DNA of 64,000 nucleotides. Origin: an uncultured Sphaerochaeta sp. Its GTDB lineage: Bacteria > Spirochaetota > Spirochaetia > Sphaerochaetales > Sphaerochaetaceae. Position numbers and translations under genes: made by a program. Shown piece by piece: positions 18,618 through 27,889 of the stretch. Within the stretch, counting starts at the first letter, position 1. The number at the start of each line of letters is the position of its first letter. The stretch lies in NCBI GenBank assembly GCA_964407735.1, contig CAYOWS010000012.1:28853-92852 (forward strand). Direction: 5' to 3'. The notes under the pieces were generated by a model. It did not search any database. It worked only from the letters and a program-made list of their open reading frames with translations, and had not been told where the DNA came from.

Positions 18618-19718
18618 TTAGGTATCAAGCGTCAGTTCGTAATGCGTTGCCGGACCAGATGATACCTTTTTTAGTAACCCCTTGTCGATCAATGACTTGA
18701 TATCGCGGGATGCAGTATCTTGGCTGCATGCACATATCTTCGCCCATTTTGAGGTAGTCATCGGCCCTTTCCAATCTCCTGCTAGTTTCACAAGGATTTG
18801 TTCTTGACGAGAATTCAGATGTAATGAGTTCGCTTTTTCGAAGAATTTGGCCATTCGTATGGTTTTGTCTATTGTGGATAGAGTTGAATCAATGGATTCC
18901 AACAGGCAACCTAAATACCAGACCAGCCACGATGTTATTTCAAGGTTTCCTGTCTGAGCTTTGTTGAGTTCATCATAATATTGCTTTTGATGTCTCTGTA
19001 AATATACAGAAAGGGAGTATAATCGCGTTACAGAGGAATCTTTACTGAGCACATAGTCTGAAATCGCTCGGGCACATCTCCCGTTGCCATCTTCGAAAGG
19101 ATGGATTGTAACAAACCAAAGGTGTGCTATTGCACTTTTCAGTTTGATTGACAACTCTTCTTTGTCTGTATTAAGCCATTGCATAAAGGCTGCCATTCCA
19201 GACGGTACGTCTTTTGCCTCTGGTGCTTCGAAAACTACCTTGGTTTTTCCTAATGGCCCTTTGACGACTTCCATCGGTTTCTTGCGATATGCTCCCGTTT
19301 GTACCACAAGCCCCCCGCTATATCCGGTGGGAAAGAAATTCCTATGCCATGCGAACAATCGTTGTTCAGTCAATGGCATAGCCGCATTCTCCACAATATC
19401 CATCATGACATCGACAATGCCCTCGATATGGTTTCCAGAAGTCGGATGCGGTATGTTATTTTCAATTTGCAGACGACGGCAAACACTGGAGTACACCATG
19501 AGCTCATCCAGCTTTTCTCCTTCTATGCTCCAAGATTTCTCAATTTCCTGAGTGATTGCTAAAGCCTGTTGATCTTTTGCAATTTGAGGGTCAAGAGTTT
19601 CAATGTACCCTTGGAGTCGCCCCTCTGCATGGGCAATTTCTTCCAGAAGAGGTATGAGTTTTTGTATGTCCCATGAGAAGCAGGGCCAATCCTTACGTTG
19701 CCAGATATACATATTCAT
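18618..19718 (-). CDS. Fic family protein (DUF4172 N-domain, Fic core, C-terminal winged HTH)
   Basis: MNMYIWQRKDWPCFSWD (DUF4172-type), Fic motif HPFEDGNGRCAR, and C-terminal TSKWAKICACSQDTASRDIKSLIDKGLL. I chose the start at 19718 rather than 19859. Confidence 0.9.
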   Translation of the reverse strand: MNMYIWQRKDWPCFSWDIQKLIPLLEEIAHAEGRLQGYIETLDPQIAKDQQALAITQEIEKSWSIEGEKLDELMVYSSVCRRLQIENNIPHPTSGNHIEGIVDVMMDIVENAAMPLTEQRLFAWHRNFFPTGYSGGLVVQTGAYRKKPMEVVKGPLGKTKVVFEAPEAKDVPSGMAAFMQWLNTDKEELSIKLKSAIAHLWFVTIHPFEDGNGRCARAISDYVLSKDSSVTRLYSLSVYLQRHQKQYYDELNKAQTGNLEITSWLVWYLGCLLESIDSTLSTIDKTIRMAKFFEKANSLHLNSRQEQILVKLAGDWKGPMTTSKWAKICACSQDTASRDIKSLIDKGLLKKVSSGPATHYELTLDT

Positions 19719-19739
19719 ATGACACAGTATACAATTTTT

Positions 19740-19811
19740 GCGGAGATAAGCAAGTGTTATCTCCGCATGAAACAGTTTAATTTTGCGGAGATAGTCTCTT
19801 TTTATCTCCGC
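19740..19811. promoter_or_regulatory. Two tandem palindromes sharing the GCGGAGATA arm (putative operators)
   Basis: GCGGAGATAA-7nt-TTATCTCCGC (19740-19766) and GCGGAGATA-9nt-TATCTCCGC (19785-19811). The first overlaps a -35 TTGCTT / -10 TATACT promoter on the minus strand. Confidence 0.5.
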
Positions 19812-20319
19812 ATTTCCTCGTTTTTGGGCATGGGCAATGGAAGAGACTTTTTGTTGCAACTATTGAAATTATTTCAAATGGTGAAGATGTTGGTATCCAT
19901 TCAGGAGGCGGGTATGTCCGATATGATTGTACTGGATAGATTGCTTGTATTGTTGTTCGAGGAACGGGACAAATCTGTTCCTATAGAGCTGTCAAAGCAT
20001 CAGAAGGAGTAATGTTTCCCGGCTTTATACAATAACCTTCACGGAAGAATTCTTGCGGTTACCGGACGAAGATCTTTCCTCCAAGACGCAGGACCGAGGT
20101 ATCATACATCTTGAAGATATTGAATTCACCGACGGTATCGGGCTTAGCTGGGAGATGTTATGCGGCATATTTTTGCGTGAACCAAGGAAAGGCCTTCACA
20201 AATACCTGAACGAGAGAAACGGTTGATTTGCATCAATGAAGGTATCAATGAGGTGACTGGGAGGCTTCATAAGAGATGGTATTGACTATCAACCAATATA
20301 ATATACCGATATAGGACTA

Positions 20320-21264
20320 TTATATGATACTGTTATCTAACAACTGACTATTGCACAGAATCTCGATCTGCATCAGCGAGGGGAGGGACGCCTGGGCTCC
20401 TCCCTTGTGTTGTATGGAGACGGCTGCCGCGGCCTGGGCGAAATAGACGGCATCCTGGACATCGTCTCCACGCCCTACGGCGAAAGCGAAGGCCGCGTTG
20501 AAAATGTCCCCGGCGTCGGTCGTATCCACGACCTTGAGATCCCTGTATGCGCTGAAATGCTGACCACCCTGTCTATCAAAATAGTAGAGCCCCTGTTCGC
20601 CACAAGTCAGGACGACATGCTGTACGCCTTTCTTCTTGAACCATGTCGCCGCACGTTTCGCACTCGCCGTGTCCACGACCTCTATGCCGGTCAGGGCTTT
20701 CGTTTCCTCCTGGTTCGGGGTGATATAGTCGAGCATATCGTAGATCACAGCGGGGTATTTTGTGTTTATGCCAGGGTCAAGGAACACCGTCTTACCTGCT
20801 TTGCGGGTCAGCTCTTTCGCCAGAAGTGCCGTTTCAGCCGGGATATCCCCCTGGAGGAGGAGGTAGTCGCATTGGCGCAGCGTATCGGCATGGAGACTGA
20901 GATAGGCGTCGTCGAGCTTGCCGTTCGCCCCTGCGTACAGGAGTTCGATCTCGTGTCCCGAAGCATCGATGTTGACCAAGGCCATACCTGTGGAGCATTT
21001 CGGTTCAGCTTTTATGTCGGCTACCTGAACTCCGAGTTTCTGGAGTGATTCGATATAGGCTTTGCCGAAACTATCGGAACCGACTTTGCCGATGAAACTG
21101 ACTTTCGCACCGAACTTCGCCAATGCGACGGCTATGTTTCCTCCCTGTCCGCCGAACGACGGTCTGAGGTCGTCAACCTGGATATGGTCCCCCGGCTGGG
21201 GAAAGTCCTTGCATTTGGTGGTCAGGCTGTAATAGAGGCTTCCAATGACACAATACGTACTCAT
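20320..21264 (-). CDS. PfkB-family carbohydrate kinase (ribokinase-like)
   Basis: GGQGGNIAVALAKFG near the N-terminus and the DTTDAGDIFNAAFA anion-hole motif near the C-terminus. Confidence 0.85.
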   Translation of the reverse strand: MSTYCVIGSLYYSLTTKCKDFPQPGDHIQVDDLRPSFGGQGGNIAVALAKFGAKVSFIGKVGSDSFGKAYIESLQKLGVQVADIKAEPKCSTGMALVNIDASGHEIELLYAGANGKLDDAYLSLHADTLRQCDYLLLQGDIPAETALLAKELTRKAGKTVFLDPGINTKYPAVIYDMLDYITPNQEETKALTGIEVVDTASAKRAATWFKKKGVQHVVLTCGEQGLYYFDRQGGQHFSAYRDLKVVDTTDAGDIFNAAFAFAVGRGDDVQDAVYFAQAAAAVSIQHKGGAQASLPSLMQIEILCNSQLLDNSII

Positions 21265-21364
21265 GTCCACGATTCAACAGGAACAGGAAATCTTTGTAAA
21301 GGGCTTTTGCGTCATTCGTGGGCGATAGGCCGGTTTATTTGTATATTTGGTAGGTGAGGAGAAC

Positions 21365-22411
21365 ATGATTATGGATAAAATCAAAGTAGCGTTCTATGAT
21401 ACCAAGCCCTATGACAGGGTATGGTTCGACAAACTCAAGGATCAATACAACCTGGATATTACATATTTTGAGCATAAGCTGAACGCCAATACCGCTGGTA
21501 CGGCAAAGGGGTATGACGTAGTGGTCGCGTTCGTCAATGATACGATCGACGCCGAAGTCGTCGATACCCTGGGCAAGGATGGCGTCAAGTTGCTGGCCAT
21601 GCGCTGCGCAGGATACAACAACATCGATTTCAAGAAGGCTTTCGGCAAGCTTCATATCGTGCGGGTTCCGGCCTATTCACCGTATGCTGTAGCGGAACAT
21701 GCGATGGCGTTGCTGTTGGCCTTGGTCCGTCGTATCCAGCATGCCTATGTTCGGACTCGTGAGTTCAATTTCAGCCTCAATGGCCTGACGGGTTTCGACC
21801 TGCATGGAAAGACCGTGGGTGTGATCGGTACTGGTAAAATCGGGCGGGTGTTCATCGATATTTGCAAAGGGTTTGGAATGAAAGTCGTCGCTTACGATCC
21901 ATATCCTGCGAAGGATCTGGACGTTGAGTATCTCTCCATCGATGAGCTGTGCAAGCGCAGTGATATCATTTCTCTACATTGTCCTCTCACGCCCCAGACC
22001 AAGCATATCATCAATGCGAAGACATTGGCTTTGATGAAACCGAACGTATATATCATCAATACCTCCCGCGGTGCTTTGGTAGATAGCGAAGCTTTGCTTG
22101 AAGCGATCAAGGCAAGGAAGATCGGTGGCGCGGGTCTGGATGTCTATGAAGAGGAGGCCGATCTTTTCTATGAGGATCAGTCCGCGACGATCATCCAGGA
22201 TGATGTGCTCGCCTTGCTGATCGCCATGCCGAACGTGATCGTCACCAGCCACCAGGCGTTCCTGACAGATGAAGCGTTGCACAACATCGCCGATACGACG
22301 GTGGAGAACATCAAGCAGTTCTTTGACGGAGAAGCGATGCCCAATGAGATCTGCTACCAATGCCTTGAGAGCGGAACCTGTCCGAAGGACCATAAGAAGC
22401 GTTGTTTCTAA
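21365..22411 (+). CDS. ldhA: Fermentative D-lactate dehydrogenase
   Basis: Collinear similarity to enterobacterial LdhA from memory (RVPAYSPYAVAEHA, GKTVGVIGTGKIG, SLHCPLTPQT, NTSRGALVDS, TSHQAFLT). SD gaggag lies before the ATG at 21365. There is a short Cys-rich C-terminal extension. Confidence 0.9.
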   Translation: MIMDKIKVAFYDTKPYDRVWFDKLKDQYNLDITYFEHKLNANTAGTAKGYDVVVAFVNDTIDAEVVDTLGKDGVKLLAMRCAGYNNIDFKKAFGKLHIVRVPAYSPYAVAEHAMALLLALVRRIQHAYVRTREFNFSLNGLTGFDLHGKTVGVIGTGKIGRVFIDICKGFGMKVVAYDPYPAKDLDVEYLSIDELCKRSDIISLHCPLTPQTKHIINAKTLALMKPNVYIINTSRGALVDSEALLEAIKARKIGGAGLDVYEEEADLFYEDQSATIIQDDVLALLIAMPNVIVTSHQAFLTDEALHNIADTTVENIKQFFDGEAMPNEICYQCLESGTCPKDHKKRCF

Positions 22412-22630
22412 TGTCCGGGGTGGTAGGTAAGTGATCCTTACTTACTGTTGGACGGCGGAAGTCCCGTCGGTAGGGATTTAAAGTATAATTTGAGGTTATT
22501 TCTAGATAGAGAGAAATGATAGGTAAGTTGATAAGGATTCCGTACTAATTCACTCGTGTGTTGATTGATAAGAGAGAACTAGGGGGTTTTCCGCAGGACT
22601 GCTGAGAATCTTTCAATATCTGGATACCTG

Positions 22631-22684
22631 GGGTTGCCGGTTGCTATGGGCGGTTGTCGTCCATACGCCGGCAACCCATTTTTT
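22631..22684 (+). terminator. Rho-independent terminator (plus-strand polarity)
   Basis: gggttgccgg (22631-22640) pairs with ccggcaaccc (22668-22677), followed by aTTTTTT. It lies 220 nt after the ldhA stop and abuts the stop of the convergent gene. Confidence 0.65.
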
Positions 22685-23753
22685 ATCGGGAACTTCGTAT
22701 GGTTTCTTCAAGCTCCCTTTTGAAGATTTCCAGTTTTCCCCTGAGCTCCGTCAGCCAATCCGGTTCGTCCTGCAATCGTTCATCGATACACGCAAAGATT
22801 CTTGCGTATGCGAAAAGGGTCCCGAACCGGCGCATGACCGTCAGGTGCTGCATCAGCTCTTCCGGACAAGGGTACTCGGACCTGTAGCCAGCGAGAAATT
22901 CAACCTTCGCCTGCTCCGATCTTTCACCGGGGATTTCATCATCCAATGATGCGAATACCCGTTCGATATCGAGTAGGTAGAAGTGGTACATGCCATTGTC
23001 AAAGTCGATGACGGAACAAGTACCTGTACTCTCATCGTAGAATACATTGTCAGGTTCAAAGTCGTAATGCACCAAGCCATAGTTTCCTGTCTCCATCGGC
23101 AATGCGGCGAGTTCTGTCCGAACGGCTTGGAGTTCTTCAAGTGTAAATGGTGGAGCGTCATTTTCTTGCAACATGTTCTCTGTCCATTCCAATGCTTCAA
23201 GGTGCGTCCATTTCTTTATGTTCGGTACAAAGCGTGCGGAAAGCGAATGAAGCCTGCCAAGTGCCGCGCCGTACGCCCGCATGATTTCATCGGTGTAGCC
23301 AGTGTCCTCTATCTGTACTCCAGGAACCCGCTCGAAGGAGCTTGCGTAGTAGGTCCCCCATCGTGTGTCGAGCGTCAGAAGGATTTCCCCCGAGTGTGAT
23401 TCGATGGGTACGAGAGCGGGATAGCCGCTGGCGTTGAGGTATTCGATGAACTCCAATTCGCCAAAAATATTCTTTTCAAGTTTTTCCTCTACCGGGGCCA
23501 ACCTGAGGAAACATATCCTGCCGTTCTGTGAGAACGGATAGATGGCGTTGGATGAAATGCGGAACTTGGACAACAGTTCGTCAAGTCCCTCGGCATCGTG
23601 GTCCCAGTTCTCAAGAGCCTTTTTCGCTAGGTCGTAGTTTTCAAAAAGATGTTTGAATTTCAGCACGTCTTGTTTTCCTTCCCGATTCGGAATCACCTTG
23701 GAAATGATGCTATGGCGGCCGCTCGATACACGGGCGATGTCCCGCCGTATCAT
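22683..23753 (-). CDS. Phosphotransferase-family protein (APH/choline-kinase-like fold)
   Basis: Brenner/catalytic region LVHYDFEPDNVFYDESTGTCSVIDFDNG (HxDxxxxN ... IDFD). An alternative upstream start is at 23819. Confidence 0.85.
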   Translation of the reverse strand: MIRRDIARVSSGRHSIISKVIPNREGKQDVLKFKHLFENYDLAKKALENWDHDAEGLDELLSKFRISSNAIYPFSQNGRICFLRLAPVEEKLEKNIFGELEFIEYLNASGYPALVPIESHSGEILLTLDTRWGTYYASSFERVPGVQIEDTGYTDEIMRAYGAALGRLHSLSARFVPNIKKWTHLEALEWTENMLQENDAPPFTLEELQAVRTELAALPMETGNYGLVHYDFEPDNVFYDESTGTCSVIDFDNGMYHFYLLDIERVFASLDDEIPGERSEQAKVEFLAGYRSEYPCPEELMQHLTVMRRFGTLFAYARIFACIDERLQDEPDWLTELRGKLEIFKRELEETIRSSR

Positions 23754-23844
23754 GAGGCAGATACTCCGCCGACCGACATAAGGCTGATGTAGGGCTAATG
23801 CTAGAGAGGGCGAAAGCACTCTCTGCTTCCGCCCTCTTGATCAC

Positions 23845-24486
23845 TTACTGTAGAGTAGAATGGAAATGAATATAGAATTCTTCCTGACTCGTCTGGTATT
23901 TCTTCTCCAGCTTTTCAAAGCCTTCGTCAAAACGTTCCGCTTCTTGCTCGTCGATTTGCATGACGGGACTATCGTAATAGGTCCACTTTCTCCCGTCCAA
24001 AGCATTTGGCTTCAGCTCTTTTACCATCATCGCAGTCGGATATATTCCATTCTCAAGACAGACATTGTATTTTTTGCAGCTTTTGAAACCGCGGCTCACA
24101 TAGTTGCTCGGATTTCCAAAAATCACGACAACGTCGTAGCCAAGCACGACCGCCTGTTCAAAAGAATGCTCTATCAGCATTTTCCCATAACCCATTCTCT
24201 GGTATTCCGGCAACATGCAGACAGGTCCGAAGGTCAGGACTTCTTTTTCTTTCCCGGACTCATCGACCAACCTTGCTTTTGTATACATGATATTTCCGAT
24301 CACCTGATCGTCAATCTCAATCACAAAATCCAATTCTGGCAAAAAGTCTTTATGCTGACGCATGATATGAACCAGATAGTGTTCAACGCATCCTGGAGCA
24401 TATAGGTTGTAAAAAGCCTTTCTTGTGATTTCCTCTACTGTCCTGTAGTCCGATTTTTCTTCATGCCGAATTTTGATTCGTTTCAC
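23845..24486 (-). CDS. GNAT-family N-acetyltransferase (YhbS-like)
   Basis: Acetyl-CoA motif A QRMGYGKMLIEHSFEQAVVLGY. GTG start preceded by AGGAGG. AT-rich by eye. Confidence 0.9.
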   Translation of the reverse strand: MKRIKIRHEEKSDYRTVEEITRKAFYNLYAPGCVEHYLVHIMRQHKDFLPELDFVIEIDDQVIGNIMYTKARLVDESGKEKEVLTFGPVCMLPEYQRMGYGKMLIEHSFEQAVVLGYDVVVIFGNPSNYVSRGFKSCKKYNVCLENGIYPTAMMVKELKPNALDGRKWTYYDSPVMQIDEQEAERFDEGFEKLEKKYQTSQEEFYIHFHSTLQ

Positions 24487-24520
24487 GATTATTGCCTCCT
24501 AAAAGTAAAATTCAACCTTT

Positions 24521-24562
24521 CGGGAGGTTTGTGTGTAAGATTGTATGTACGCAAACCTCCCG
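24521..24562 (-). promoter_or_regulatory. Leader stem-loop with anti-SD arm
   Basis: A perfect 11-bp stem, cgggaggtttg / caaacctcccg, with a 20-nt loop, 34 nt upstream of the GNAT start codon. The 3' arm CCUCC is complementary to the GNAT SD GGAGG. Confidence 0.45.
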
Positions 24563-24563
24563 G

Positions 24564-24599
24564 TCAGTACACAATCTCCGAAGTAATGTTGTTTTTCAT
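24564..24599 (-). CDS. Putative 11-codon leader peptide (MKNNITSEIVY)
   Basis: GAGGAG lies 7 nt before the ATG (24599). The stop TGA ends 1 nt before the leader stem-loop. Confidence 0.3.
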   Translation of the reverse strand: MKNNITSEIVY

Positions 24600-24707
24600 A
24601 TGGCGTCTCCTCAAGTAATATATTGTGTGAGCAATCTATCACAAAACCATGAATAAATCTACCCAGCGGATTTTTGACGACCACAAGAGCTCTTTCATCA
24701 TCAAAGC

Positions 24708-24750
24708 AAAAAAAAACAGGTGGCTTCGGAGTATGTCCGATACCACCTGT
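24708..24750 (-). terminator. Rho-independent terminator of mscL
   Basis: On the minus strand acaggtgg...ccacctgt is followed by T9, 21 nt after the mscL stop. Confidence 0.85.
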
Positions 24751-24770
24751 CGGGGTTATCTCGTGAAAGG

Positions 24771-25196
24771 TTATTTCCCTTCGCTCTTGAGCAGGTCCCT
24801 GATTTCGGTGAGCAGGGCGATGTCGGCGGGCGGGGCGGGTGGTTCGGCAGGAGCCGCAGGTGCCTCTTCCTTCTTCCTGCGAAGTTTGTTGATGCCCTTG
24901 ACCATCAGGAACACTACAAAGGCGATCAGCAGGAAATTGATGCACTTCTGGATAAACGCTCCGTAATTGAGCGTCACAGCGGCGGCGTCACCGACCGCGG
25001 GTGCGATGACCCATACAAGATCAGCGAAATTGATGCCACCGAGGACCAGACCGATCAGGGGCATGAGCAGGTCGTTGACCATGGACTGTACGATCGCTGT
25101 AAACGCACTTCCTACGATGATACCGACAGCCATATCCATTACGCTGCCACGAGAGATGAATTCCTTGAATTCAGCAAAAAACTTGCCTTTAGCCAT
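24771..25196 (-). CDS. mscL: Large-conductance mechanosensitive channel
   Basis: 141 aa. FKEFISRGSVMDMAVGIIVGSAFTAIVQSMVNDLLMPLIG is the MscL TM1 signature. Confidence 0.95.
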   Translation of the reverse strand: MAKGKFFAEFKEFISRGSVMDMAVGIIVGSAFTAIVQSMVNDLLMPLIGLVLGGINFADLVWVIAPAVGDAAAVTLNYGAFIQKCINFLLIAFVVFLMVKGINKLRRKKEEAPAAPAEPPAPPADIALLTEIRDLLKSEGK

Positions 25197-25549
25197 TAAT
25201 TGTTTCCTCCACGTCGTGTTTACTCAAATATATCAGCGTCGGTATGCTTTGATAAGGGGGTTGCCCCTTTAATTTTACGTAAAGAACAAATTAAAATAGT
25301 AAAGGGAGAGGATCGTGATGGGACACGGTGGGGAAAACCAATAGGACGCAGAAAAGTATCAGCGGCTAGGCACCGATGCAGGGAACTTCCGGCCTGGCCG
25401 ATTGGATTCGGATGTTCGGCTCCCGCCGTTCAGAAGTCTGGAGATTCTTTGGTGACAGAGATCATCGAGGAAGTTGAAGAGGAACTGCGGCCTATTGTGT
25501 TTGATGGCACGGATTGGCCTATCGACTATGTCCGGATACGTCTGAAGGC

Positions 25550-25588
25550 AAAAAAAGCCACGGTTAGCATAATACGTTAACCATGGCT
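25550..25588 (-). terminator. Rho-independent terminator of rlmKL
   Basis: On the minus strand agccatggttaac-loop-ctaaccgtggct is followed by T7, about 27 nt after the stop at 25615. Confidence 0.75.
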
Positions 25589-25614
25589 CATTCATCATCC
25601 AAGGAAAGATTTCC

Positions 25615-27861
25615 TCAATCTAAGGCTTTCTTCAAGACAGCCTTGCGAACGGTCTTTACTTCCGCTACAGCCTTTTTGGGCGTCACTTTTTTGTGCCTGA
25701 TCAAGAAACACTTGTGGATTTTTTCGTCACGCTTGAAGTCATCACCGATAGTTTCCTTGGAGATATCTTCGATATCGAACTGCTCCTCAAGGCGCTCGTC
25801 AAGCTGGAACTTCCTGTAGTTGTTCGAGAAGATGAGCACGCCATCCTTTTCCAGATGCATCATGCAGGCTCTGACCAGCTTTACCTGGTCGCGGTCTACA
25901 TCGAAACTACTGCGGCTTTTGCTATTGCTGAAAGTAGGAGGATCGCAGAAGATCATGTCGAACTTGTCATAGGTGTCGAAGAGCCACTGGATGCAGTCCT
26001 CTTTGTAGAAGAAATGGTTCATGCTGGTAAAGCCGTTGAATTCCATATTCTTCAAACCCCAGTCAAGATAGGTGCTGGAAGCATCTACGCTTACGGTACT
26101 GAGTGCGTTTCCTGCCGCCGCATGGACGGTCGCCGTACATGTATAGCAGAAGAGGTTGAGGAAGCGTTTTCCGTTGGACATCTCTTTGATCATCTTCCGT
26201 ACCGGCCTATGGTCGAGGAAGATTCCCGTATCGAGGTAGTCGGTGAAGTTCACCATGAACTTCAATCCGTTCTCCCTCATGATGAAGAACCTGTTCGAGG
26301 TTCCGAGTTTCTCGTATTGGTTGAGACCCTTCTGCTGGGTACGCTGTTTGACGAAGATCATCTCGCGGTCGATGCCTGTGACCCGTTCAGTCGCGTCGAC
26401 CAGCTCCTCCAGGCGTCTGGCGGCGTCTTCAGGATCAATGGAGGCCGGGGCCACGTATTCCTGGAGTGATATCCATCGGTTTTCGTAGAAGTCTATCGCA
26501 GCCGAATACTCGGGCATGTCTGCGTCGTAGATACGGTAGCTGGACACTTTCTGCTCTTCCATCAGGGGCTTGAGCGCGGCGAGGTTCTTCTTGAGCCTGT
26601 TCGCAGCCATTTCAGCACCGGGGGTAAGCGGTCGTGCCAGCCGTTCCCGGCGTTTCTGCTCCGCCTTGGCGATCATTTCCGCCCGTTCCTCTTCGGTGAA
26701 TACATAGTAATGTGCGACCTGGCAGGAGAGCCCCCCGTTGAACAAGGTGTTCGTCCTGTTCGGCTTCATGTCTACGTAGGAAAGCAGTTGCTGGTCTCCG
26801 CACAGGATGGCGACCCTCCAGCCTGTGAACAGGCTGTTGAACTGTCGTCCCATGGCAATGTAGAGGGATTCAACGCTTTCACCCTCCATCCGTATTCCAT
26901 AGGGGGGATCGGTAACGATATAGCCCCGCTCCGCTGGAACATCCTCCGCTGTGATCGTCTTGATGTCATGCTGGGCGAACTCTATGAAGTTCTCTACACC
27001 GGCGGCCTCCGCATTGACTCTCGCGATATTCACAGCCTCCGGATCCTTGTCCCAGGCATAGATGTGGACATTGCGTTTTCTTCCGGCTTCTTGCCGGGCT
27101 ATCGCCTCATCCAGGATGTCTTCCCAGATATCAGGGTCATGGATCGGCAACCGGAAGAATGCGAATTTGCTCGTGTTGAGCAACCCGGGAGCGGTATCGG
27201 TCGCCATCCAGGCGGCTTCGATACAGATCGTCCCGGAACCGCAGAGCGGATCAAGCAATGGTTCGGGTCCGGTTTCGCTGATCAGCGATTTGTACCAGTC
27301 CGAACGGTAGAGCAGGGCGGAAGCAAGATACTCGGTGAGGATCGCTTCTGTCTGCATCTTTCTGTATCCTCTCTTGTGGAGGGACTTTCCAGAGAAGTCC
27401 ACGTACCAGACCACCCGTTCGCCATCTATGTGGATATGGAATATGATTTCAGGTTTTTCCTTGTCAACGTCCGGTCGCTGGTCTTCGTAATGCTCCCGGA
27501 TACGGTCTACGATCGCATCCTTGACCCGGAGCGCCGCGAAGTGGGAGTTTTTCAGCCACCTACAGTTCGTGACCGTTTCAGAGACGGCGAATGTGGTTTC
27601 CGGCGTGAGCCAGTTCTCCCAAGGGATCTGGATGGAGGATTCGTACAGTTCATCGGTACTGGTGACGACCTCATCCTGGAACAACGCAAGCATCACCCGT
27701 GTGGCCGTCCTCGACCAAAGGCAGAAACGGTATGCGGTCGCGAGGTCCGCCTCGAACTCGACGCCGCCTCCCGTGACATAGACGTCCGTAGAGCCCGCTT
27801 GGCGGGCCTCCATTTCTACGAGATCGTTCTGATTGGCAGAAGCCGTAGCGTAAAATATCAT
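25615..27861 (-). CDS. rlmL: Bifunctional 23S rRNA m2G2445/m7G2069 methyltransferase RlmKL
   Basis: 748 aa. N-terminal THUMP domain plus a SAM methyltransferase (DPLCGSGTICIEAA, VTDPPYG), and a second C-terminal SAM methyltransferase (LNLFCYTCTATVHAA, FCDPPTFS). Confidence 0.9.
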   Translation of the reverse strand: MIFYATASANQNDLVEMEARQAGSTDVYVTGGGVEFEADLATAYRFCLWSRTATRVMLALFQDEVVTSTDELYESSIQIPWENWLTPETTFAVSETVTNCRWLKNSHFAALRVKDAIVDRIREHYEDQRPDVDKEKPEIIFHIHIDGERVVWYVDFSGKSLHKRGYRKMQTEAILTEYLASALLYRSDWYKSLISETGPEPLLDPLCGSGTICIEAAWMATDTAPGLLNTSKFAFFRLPIHDPDIWEDILDEAIARQEAGRKRNVHIYAWDKDPEAVNIARVNAEAAGVENFIEFAQHDIKTITAEDVPAERGYIVTDPPYGIRMEGESVESLYIAMGRQFNSLFTGWRVAILCGDQQLLSYVDMKPNRTNTLFNGGLSCQVAHYYVFTEEERAEMIAKAEQKRRERLARPLTPGAEMAANRLKKNLAALKPLMEEQKVSSYRIYDADMPEYSAAIDFYENRWISLQEYVAPASIDPEDAARRLEELVDATERVTGIDREMIFVKQRTQQKGLNQYEKLGTSNRFFIMRENGLKFMVNFTDYLDTGIFLDHRPVRKMIKEMSNGKRFLNLFCYTCTATVHAAAGNALSTVSVDASSTYLDWGLKNMEFNGFTSMNHFFYKEDCIQWLFDTYDKFDMIFCDPPTFSNSKSRSSFDVDRDQVKLVRACMMHLEKDGVLIFSNNYRKFQLDERLEEQFDIEDISKETIGDDFKRDEKIHKCFLIRHKKVTPKKAVAEVKTVRKAVLKKALD

Positions 27862-27889
27862 CTTCTCTCCCTATTTTGTAAACCAGTAA

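Noticed and set aside
25200-25580. 126-aa plus ORF between mscL and rlmKL. Its tail reads TEIIEEVEEELRPIVFDGTDWPIDYVRIRLKAKK and has a possible GTG/SD start
   Set aside because: It overlaps the rlmKL terminator and a short patch of the 11-bp repeat family. Most of the frame is low-complexity, and I recognise no family. A 42-aa peptide cannot be excluded but is unsupported.
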